Assembly: GCF_001194135.2 (NCBI RefSeq)
Contig: NC_068981.1
Location: 2,942,676-3,006,675, forward strand
Reading direction: 5' to 3'
Length of the DNA: 64,000 nucleotides
Source of the DNA: Octopus bimaculoides
Lineage: Eukaryota
Below the pieces are notes generated by a model. The model saw nothing but the letters and a program-made list of their open reading frames with translations. It did no database searches and was not told where the DNA came from. Both the position numbers and the translations under genes were made by a program. Numbering within the stretch: position 1 is the stretch's first letter; every line of letters starts with the position of its first letter. This document shows positions 26,233-36,360 of this stretch, one piece after another.

Positions 26233-28962
26233 TACAGGAAGGCGATGCTGGGCACAGGTGCCATCACGATTACATCACCATTATACAAGTGACGTTGTTC
26301 GTTTCCAGGCTTCTGTTGTCTAACAATCTTCTTACATGTCTGGCCATGGGAAATATTACTTGGTTTGAAAACCAGATGAGGGTTGGTGACATGAAGAGCA
26401 TCTGGCTGATAAAATCTGCCTCAAGTAGCATGGAAAAATGTATGTTAAATGGCAACAATGACAAAAGCACTACAGAGTTTTAAGAGCTAAACTAATTAGT
26501 CAACGAGTGTTTTCACTTTTAGAATTTATGGGATGAGAGGTACATGGAAATATGTTTGGCTGAGTGATATGAATTATGTGCAATCTTGAAATTTGAGAAT
26601 ACATTTCATGTTTTAACAAATCTAAACATAAATACGACCAAGGATTACCATGTAGTCCGAAATAGATTTTTTTTTTTTTTTTTACCCCCAAGCATTACAA
26701 CAAAGAGAAGACAGCTAACAGGAAAGAGACGAAACATATGACTAACTGTATTCACTATATGAATATATTAAAAATTTTTTTTTTTTTTTTTGAAAGAACC
26801 CTTTTACCAAAGCAGTTAACAAGATGGCAATTCTTTCTTTCAACTCGGGGAGGTGGGAACGTACACTTACTATATCAATAATGAACAAAACAGCACTAAT
26901 CCTTTGTTAACTACAAAACTACCGGCAGTAACATCAGTTAACGACTTACTAATTATACTAATTATACAATCCAACTGCCTTTTTATTTTTCTCCTCAGGC
27001 TTCCTATGATGTTGTTAAACAAAACAGTCTCTCTTTTAATTGAATTTACGAAGATACCTTGACAGTAGAAAGTTTTACTTTCCCGACTCTATTAATTCTG
27101 CAAGAGTTCAATCGGTCGGAAAAGCTTCCTGGAGCTGGTGATTTTACTCAATGACTCTTCCAACCACAACACTCAACTGTATTCTACACTGAAGTGAAAA
27201 ACAGAACATAACAGAGTATCAATTGGATGGTCTGCAGGTTGCAGACATCAGAAATACTTTCAGTTACGAAGGCCAAGCTTTATTCTTTGTGCTGCCATAT
27301 TTCTACTGAAAAATACTGCCTTCACTTCAGTTAACACATAAAGCACGTCAGGCCACGATCGTGGCTGTCAGGCACAGGTCAACAGGCCACGATCGTGGCC
27401 CAGATAGGTGCAATTAATTTATGAGCATTTGTTGGGATCTAATGTCACTAATGACTTTTCAGAAGATGTAAAACTTCCCACCATTATATACTAAGAAGAT
27501 ATTTCAACCACATTTTTCTTTTTCTTTTTGCATAGTAATCTCATTTTCATAAAATCTGCTCTGCAGTCCATGCTATGTAAGTGCAAATCCCAGCGCTTTA
27601 TGGGTTATGAAAATAAAGGATTAAATAAAATAACTGCCATTAACAAAATGCTAATCAGCATTTCTTCCAACTCTTTGTTTTGAGTTCAAATCCTACTGAC
27701 GTCATTTTTGTCTTTCATCTTTTCAGAGTTGATAAAATAAAGTACCAGTCTAGTACTGGCATTGTTGGTATCAACCCTCAACATTGCTGGCCTTGTGCCT
27801 AAATCAGAACCATTTTTGAGCAATGTTTGCAACATAAAATAACACAAAACTTTGAAAGTTTTAACTTAAAACACCTTAAAACAAAAAATTTGTATCCTAA
27901 AACCAAAAGAGGCCTCATGTAGGTTACTATCAACTGGTTTAATTTAAATCAAATAAGGTCATTAGACTGGCCTTGCTGGGGCACTGCCTTTAAGAATTTC
28001 TTAGTCAACCCCAGTACTTTTGTTTTTAAAGCCTGGTACTTATTCAATCAGTCTCTTTTTGCCAAAATGCTAAGTTACAACATTTGTTATCAAGTAGTGG
28101 CGGGGAACAAACAGACACAAAGACATACACACATTGATTTCTTTTAGTTTCATAAACTGAATCCACTCACAAGGCTTTGGTCAGTCAGAGACTATAGTAG
28201 AAACACTTGCCCAAGGTGTCACACAGTAACAAACTTCACTCACCTCAGTGAACAATTGATTTTTAATATAAGCACAAGACATTGAATTTGGAATAAGGGA
28301 ATAGTAGATTACAATCTCAGTACATAATGAATGCTTTAATTTTCAACCCCAAAAGGGAGAAACGTAAAGTTGGCCTCAACTTTCAAATCAACAAAAAAGG
28401 ATACAAAAATGCTACACAATTTGTCCCCTGCTCTGAGGATTCTGCTACAAGGATGCTTGATTTTGTAATGAGGTGAAAGAAGTTCTTTAACCCATTTGCT
28501 ACCATATTTCTGTTGAACTACATGGCCTTCACTTCAATTCATTTTCAAAATAATGAAAAATTCATTAAAATAATTGTTTTCATATTAAGCTGATATTCGG
28601 AACATATGAAATTCTGATGAAATTTAGATCACTTTGAAACAGGAAGTTTGTATCATAAAACCAGGGGCAATATCAGGCAGGTTGGTACCAAATTAGACAA
28701 CTGTAAATTTTGCTGTCACATTGCTCCAATGGATATGATAGCAGCATTTCATGGAAAATAGTACATCTTTATATATTTGGCTCACCAAAGTGACAACAGT
28801 CATCCTTTTATGTGAGATACTCCACTCTTGCATTTCTTTGGTAATCTGAGATGGATTATTATTGTTGTTGATACTGCTTAATCCCAAGTCAGCACTGAAT
28901 CATGTAGAACTACAATCAAAGGCATTCCAACCCTAACCATACAATCATTTTGTTGCCATTAA

Positions 28963-29303
28963 TGCAAAAGTGTTGTAAGTCCAAAACGTTGCTTTTTTCA
29001 GAAAATGGAAAAATAGTTTCACCATTCCATTTCTGTTTACATTAGCAACAGTTTCATCCTAACAATAATACTTTGTTGGGTGCATAAAATCGTAACTCCT
29101 TGCATGTATGATATTTTCAGTCAGAAATATTTTTGAAAAACTGTTGTATGTGGGACTTACTACACTTTTGAAAAATGCTAAACCCTTATACTACACTTTG
29201 ACAATTTTCATCTGAAACAGCTGGAGATATGATAGAACCGGCTATTGTAAGCAAAATCAAATATTGGGAAAAAAAAAAAAACGCATTTGGCCAAACGACA
29301 GTT
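28963..29303. repeat. Unclassified 350-bp interspersed repeat, copy 2 (inverted relative to 20741-21094)
   Basis: Reverse-complement match to copy 1 with a short internal deletion. Confidence 0.9.
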
Positions 29304-30022
29304 TAGCATAATAGCAACGATTTATTTAGACAGTATACCCAGGAAGACCTCATACAATGTATATACAATTACTTTTTTAAAAACAGAGTGCAATTTCAGG
29401 GCACTATTGGCTGCTACTTCTAACAAGTACTTTTGTTGTTTCCCCTCAATTCAGCCCACATTGGGCAGACTTATGATCAAAGATATATCCCAGCCATGAC
29501 TGTCCCATCTTTCTTTTCATGAGCATAATGTAACCAAAACTACATCAACCAACAGGTTTCTTCCATGTTCTTGAGATGATAATGCGTGATATTAGGAAGA
29601 TGTGGCTGATATTTCTAGCAGATCATTAGGGTGGGTTCTCCAGGTGGCACTAGGAATCTTGTACTCTCACTAAAACTCAGAGTTGCCACAGAAGAGGAAT
29701 ATAGTAATGCTTACAGTTAAATCTTCAATATGCACACACACACAAAGTACTTAATTTTGAAACCGATGAAATCTATAAAAAAAAAGTTTGAATTTACTAA
29801 TTGTATATGTACAATGAATAAATTCAAAAATACATAAAAGTTAAATAAAAACCCTCACAGCAGCTGTTATTTCTATGGGTTTTTTGGGGGGGATTTAATT
29901 TATTTATATTTTTTAATGTTAATTTTATTATGGCAAACAAAAAATATATATAAATTCCGCATCAGTTGTATGTAATGATAAACCGAAAACGAAACAAATC
30001 GGTGTCATACTTTAATTGGGGG

Positions 30023-30072
<50 letters not shown>

Positions 30073-30111
30073 TGTACAAACAACACATACAGAAAAACAT
30101 ACATTTCTTTT

Positions 30112-30622
30112 CCCTTCTACTCGTTGCAGTCATTTGACTCCAGCTGTGCTGAAGCACCATATTGAAAGGTTTTGGCTAATGACCCCACTAGTGAAGTCTC
30201 TTTTAACCTAACTGCCAAGTTATCGGAACATAAACAAACCAACACAGTTGTCAAACGGTGCAAGATAAACCGAAAGATGCATGCGTGCACACACGTATAC
30301 ATATAAAAACACACAAATATTGGCGGAGGTCAAGAATACGAACACCACCGGTTTTCGGCGTAACAAAAACCCGAATCCTAACCATCGGGTGTACGTATGC
30401 TTTACCTTCGCCCAAATATTATATATCATACACATATCGACGTACGCGGGACGAGCTTCTGTACAGTTTCCGCTTCCAAAATTCACAAATTTATCCACAG
30501 GGTGTTGATCGGCCTGGAGCTGTAGTTGAAGAAATTTGTCCAAGGTACCACGAAGTGAAACTGAACCCGAAGCAAAGTGGTTAACAGGCGAACTTCTTAA
30601 CTACATAGCCATGTCTGCGCGC
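30112..30622 (-). mobile_element. CORE-SINE family A carrying a nested 105-bp MITE (30316-30420)
   Basis: Both SINE halves present. The nested element has imperfect TIRs of about 32 bp beginning and ending in AATATT. Confidence 0.8.
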
Positions 30623-30754
30623 CTTACACAGAACTATTACGTAACATCATATATACAGAAAATATAATCATTACATTATCTTCAGTAACAAATCTCCCAC
30701 GGACTCCTGACGTACAACAAACACTTCGTAAGTGAAGTCCATCGCCAGGATAGT

Positions 30755-31036
30755 CAGGTATGGCTGTTGCGGCAAGAAACTTGCTTCCCAACCACGCAGT
30801 TCCCGGTTCAGTCCCACTGCGTGACACATTGAGCAAGTGCCTTCCACTATAGCCTCGGGTCGGACAAAGCCTTGTGAGTGGATTTGGTAGGCAGAAACGT
30901 TAGCACGCCGGGCGAAATGCTTACCAGTTACGCACTGATTCGACTTAATCCCTCTGTCTGTCCTTGTTTGTCCCCTCTATGTTTAGCCCCTTGTGGGCAA
31001 TAAAGAAGTAAGAAACTGAAAGAAGCCCGTCATAAG

Positions 31037-31111
<75 letters not shown>

Positions 31112-31299
31112 ACTGCTTGACAACCGGTGTTGGTGTTTACGTCACTGTAACCTAGCGGTTCGGCAAAAGGAGGCGATAGAGAGAGTACCAAGTTTAAAAA
31201 AAAAAAAGAAAGTAATGGGGTCGATTCATTCGACTAAAAAATTCTTCAAGGAGATGCCCCAGCATGGCTGCAGTCTTAATGACTGAAACAAGATAAAAG
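30755..31299 (+). mobile_element. CORE-SINE family A with nested family C fragment and internal (AG)n
   Basis: B-box GGTTCAGTCCC; family C fragment between two AGAAAC copies (30893-30898 and 31011-31016); (AG)n at 31046-31109. Confidence 0.85.
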
Positions 31300-32049
31300 C
31301 CACGGAAAATTTAATCATTAGATTATCTTCTGCAACAAATCCTTCCTACTCCACGCAATCACGATGTACAACAAACACCTCGCAAGTGAAGTCCATCGCC
31401 AACATAGTTCTATCGTCTCTTCATTACAGACCGTTTGTTTGTTTGTCCAGCACAGAATTAAACAGAAATCTTAGACACCACGATTTTCAAGGACATCTCA
31501 ATCTGATCTAATTAACAAGCAAACAGATGGATTTATATTTAGTCGCACTGAACCAGTTCTCCACGCCGTGTAGGAGGTTCAATGAAGACGTACATCTGTA
31601 ATTAATCACAAAGGACTAACATCTTCGTTGTTGTGTCTGTCTGGGTGTGCGCGCGATTGTGTTTAATTTGCTGTTGCTGTTTTAGCCCCAGGTCAGCCTT
31701 GAGAGGGTAGACCTATGATTATAGATGTTTCAGTATCTAGAACAATGTATCCTATCGTTTTCCAAGACGGCGAAAATGTGATATGAGCAAAATTTTGTTA
31801 GTTATTTCTAGCATGCCGAAACTCCTTGAATGGCTCCAGGTGTGGTTTCTTAATTTTACGAGTATCTTTCTAAATCAATGGTTTTCAACCGAGATTGGGG
31901 GGGGGGCACCAGAATAAAATAGCAATCAAAGTGGTCCATAAATAAATTTTTAAAATGGTTGAGAACATGGTTCCGGGTTCAGTCCCATCACGTGGCACCC
32001 AAAGCCTTGTGAGTGAATTTGATAGACGGAAACTGAAAAGAAGCCCATC

Positions 32050-32128
<79 letters not shown>

Positions 32129-33477
32129 CACCATCGTTTGAGAACGTCTACTTGCCTGTATGCTATAAATCTACTTTGATCAAAATTAACCTTCTAGATC
32201 ACAACAACAATAAGCATTTTATAATTAAATCATGTTTCTAATTACAAATTAGATCCATAAAACGGTCACAATCTCTCCTAAAACTTATACAACTGGTCCC
32301 GTTCGTCATTGAAGTTTACAGCAAACTAAGGTAACCCAGATTAAATTCCTACTTTAAACTGTTTATCATCATCACATGGTTCCCCATTTCACAGACACAA
32401 TATACAGGTTTTGTATAAATCGAACACTCCATACGTGTTTGTGTGGGGAAAACGTCCATGTTCATACACAATTAAAGACAACGGCTATGTTATGCGACTT
32501 GCTGTTGAATTCGGAGTCAATTGATATATTTTACCTACAGCAAAAACATCCAATCTAATTTCACTGTTTTCCTCTTGTTTCTAATGAGGAGAGAAACTAT
32601 TGATGAACAGGTAATATATTTGTGGTTAATCTAATCTCAGAGGCTAATAGAATTGGCTAAAGAAAAGATTAAGAAAACGCTGAATTCGAAATATATTTAA
32701 GATATATCCAGAAATACAACTCTATTAGTGCTTTCGCGTTTAATCTAATAATAGTCAGAACAATAATAACAATAAAAAAAAGTACTATTGCACTAAGAAT
32801 AACTTCCGGCTGTGAATTCATCCTTCATCAAGCAAGTCTTCAGATTTTCAAGAGCAAAAAACATTGGTTAGAACTGAATGTACGTCAAAGAGAAGTTTTA
32901 CGTAAATAAGCTGGAGTAAGGAAGCCAGTAACAGGCGTAGATTACCCTACAACATGACAGCAAAGCTACACCCACGACATCATTCTGAAATTCCTGGAAA
33001 CCGCTGTTGAATGAAAAAAAAAACTTACAATGAATGGTAGGGCGGTGGTCACCAGAGCCCCCCTAAAAACACACACACATTCTCACGACCCACCAGTTCT
33101 TCATCCCGCTCAGGCAAGTTTAAGTAAAGCAACTTATCCGATGCCAAAAGCATTTAATCTTCATACAGACGACGGTAAGCCTTTTTAATTGAAAAGGCTG
33201 TGAGATTTAAAACTTTTTTTTGCTAAACTAATCACAGAAAGTTCATTTGAAAGCAATAATAATGCGACGAAAGACTTGTGCCCCTAGAGGGGAGGGAAAA
33301 CCAGATTTAAATTTACCATGTCTGTATTTCAAAAGTTATTTTAGAATCAAGTGTGAAATAATAATTAATCAAGTACAAGGAGTGCCCCAGCATGGCCACA
33401 GTTCAATGTGCGAAATGACCAAAAGGATATACGATAAATGAATAGACGTTATATTTCCGTCGGTACACACACACACA

Positions 33478-33508
<31 letters not shown>

Positions 33509-35004
33509 TAGAAATAATTAAAGGGTTATTAAATACCAGCTGCTTCCATCAGATTGTTGATCAGTGTCTAATCACTACAAAGTCACCCAGCATCGTTTTA
33601 CCATCAACGACTGATCCCCTGACCCCCACCAACTCGCGTTTCTCAACAGAGCAGAAATACCGCCAAGTTGCATGTATGCTCACTGCTCTTGCTAGCAAGC
33701 GTTTCACCTTTGATCCATCCGAAACAGTTTAATATCTCACTGACGCCATCCGCCTACGTATATCCCTCCACACACACACCTAACACTAACCGAAAATCCC
33801 TGCCACCCAACGTCTACACTGTAACTGTAGATACGACGAACACTGCCTACAATATCACCAGAAAGAAACTGTGCTCCACCACCACCATCACCACCATGTT
33901 TACCCACCACCTAAACGCATACAGGACGACCAATAGGAACGTAAAGGATGTTTTCGTGCACTGTGCGGCTTATTATGTCTGGCTTCCCACTTTGCAACTG
34001 AACCTTCTGGTCCCTTGCCAATAGGATCTCTCTACTAACTGAGCAGAATCCTCCTACCCGCCAACAGAGTTCTGTAAATAGCACACATTGGTTGTTTGTT
34101 TTGCTTCCAATTCTACACACGCGAATTTCCCCACCTCAACTGCAGTCACCAGGGGCGAAAACTCCTGTCGTTCCAAGTCAACCAGGTGACAAGTCCAGAC
34201 GTCGTTCATCTCCATCATGTACTCCAGAGTTGGTTCTTATCAACACTAAACTTGTCCACATTTATTTTTCTACCCGGATCTATCCCAACCTTCTAGAGTT
34301 ACAATCTAACGATGAAGGCTTTTAACATCTAGTGTCCCATTTCAGAGAATATTTTCTTTAACAAAAGAGAAATTTAAAGATTTAAGAGAATTTCATTTGC
34401 TGAGCCCTCTTTCTACAATAGCCAGCGACGTTCTTGGAAAATGGTACAGAGAAAATAAGTCTTAAATAAATATAGCAATCTTAATTACTTCAAATACGAT
34501 CTCCACTTTTCAATCACGAAGAACATCCACTTTGATAATTATTTGTATTAATTTACAAGCGAGATAAAAAGTTACTTCACGACAAACTTAGTCATCTGAC
34601 TAAAAGAACATTTCTAATTGTTCCACAAAACAATAAGAGACCATATGTTGCTTCAACTGTGTATAACTGTGTCCTGGTAAGGGACAGCAAGGGGAGATAG
34701 ATGGTCGCTGTTTCAACTGCATTTATCTCGTCAAGTGTGGTAGACGATGGATCTTAACAATTATTCCAACAAACACAATTCCTCAAATAAATAAACACAC
34801 ACACACACGTGGTGTCATTCATTGCCTCACATTCATAGGTATTGGAGGAGACGGAATTTCAGGGTCTCTAATTCTGCCAAATAGAATCCATTTTATCTCA
34901 AATATTGGCTAAACTGGCAATATGACCATCCCCAACGTTTTTAAAGACATCGAGACAAAAAGGAAAACACCAATACATAAATTACTCGTTAAAACAATCT
35001 ACCT

Positions 35005-35480
35005 TTTACTTGTTTCAGGCATCAGTCTGCGGCCATGCTGGGGCACCACCGCCTTGGATAAATCTTAGTTGAATAGATTGACCCTAGTACTTATTGGTAC
35101 TACTAAAGCAGCACGGTCCCGAACGCGCAGTTGCACAGTCGCGCGTCCGCGCTAGCTAGTCGTGAGTGGTCGATCCTAACCCTAACCCTAAACGCGTATT
35201 CATTTGCACACGTGGGTTAGGGTTAGGGACAGGGTTAGGGTTAGGATCGTTAAGTTACAGGGACGTAAACATACCAACACCGGTTATCAAGCAGTGTTGG
35301 GAGTCAGACAAATACGCACACACGACGGACTTTCAGTTTCCGTCTAGCAAATCCACTCAGAAGGCTTTGATCGGACCGAGGCTATAGTAGAAATCGCTTG
35401 CCCAAGGTGCCACACAGTAGGACTGAACTCAGAACCATGTGGTTAAGAAGCAAGCTTCTTACTACACATCCACGTCTGCG
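35005..35480 (-). mobile_element. CORE-SINE family A interrupted by a CpG-rich insertion at 35098-35249
   Basis: SINE tail half and head half flank the foreign segment. Confidence 0.8.
35171..35249. repeat. Inverted telomeric-type repeats, (CCCTAA)n ... (TTAGGG)n, with perfect 19-bp outer arms
   Basis: CGATCCTAACCCTAACCCT (35171-35189) is the exact reverse complement of AGGGTTAGGGTTAGGATCG (35231-35249). Confidence 0.92.
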
Positions 35481-35619
35481 CCTACATCCCACACAATCTT
35501 ACGTAACGACTGGGCGTAATTCTGTTACATCTGACGGAACAAACTTTGGCTCGGCAAATCAAAATGGCCCTAAGTTAAACCTAATGAGGGAGAAACCTAT
35601 GAAGAAGACATCCCAGCCC

Positions 35620-36360
35620 TGTTGATCACGTCTTTTACATATCCAAAACTACATTGTAAATTTGTTCTTTCGGTTTCTTTTATAGATGATAGTGTGATCA
35701 TAAGGAAGATTCAACTGCTATTTTTAGCAGGCCAAATGACCACATAGCGGCTCCCTTGCTGCCTCGGTAATGACGGCATCCCGCTCATATTAACCCTGAC
35801 TGAGTACGTTTGTGATCAAAGTTAGCCCTGATTGAAAAGACTAACGATCAATGTCTGCCATGACTGAACAGGCTTATAATCAAAGTTAGCGCTGTATTAA
35901 GTCTGACTGAGCAAACCTATGGTCAGATCTATAATCAATAATGCTTACGCCATGACCATCCCATCTTTAAGAGATGTATCCAAGGCTACGTGATTCTGGA
36001 TATATATGTTACATACTTTTAAAGATTTGACAGTTATTTCTAGCAAGTCAGGTGACTACTTTGATCTAATTGAAAGATTTTCGAAAGGTTACTATTATAA
36101 GATAGACCCCTGTACCCTAAATATAGAGCCTGGAAAAATTACTTACACAAACAAAGCAACCAAAGGGCTTCAAAGTGGTCGCTTGGGTCATTAAAAATAG
36201 TTAGCAAATCTTCCTCAAATCACACCCCTAGCATCTTGCAAAAACAATCAAAGCTACCCTGGATAATGTACTCCTCTCACCACAAGAAGACATGATGATC
36301 ATGGCTGGAATGTCTGATCGTAGATAGGTCTGATAAAAGGAAGGACTCGGAGCTAAACAA
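35620..36360. repeat. Cluster of an unclassified repeat family (motifs GACCTATGATCA, CCATGACCATCCCATC, GCTATTTCTAGCA)
   Basis: The same motifs recur near 12140-12415, 29470-29625, 31675-31820, 55310, 61765, 62570-62745 and 62860-63025. Confidence 0.6.

Noticed and set aside
35171-35249. Ancestral telomere-telomere fusion site
   Set aside because: A fusion would read TTAGGG then CCCTAA; here the order is reversed, the arrays are very short and they sit inside a SINE.
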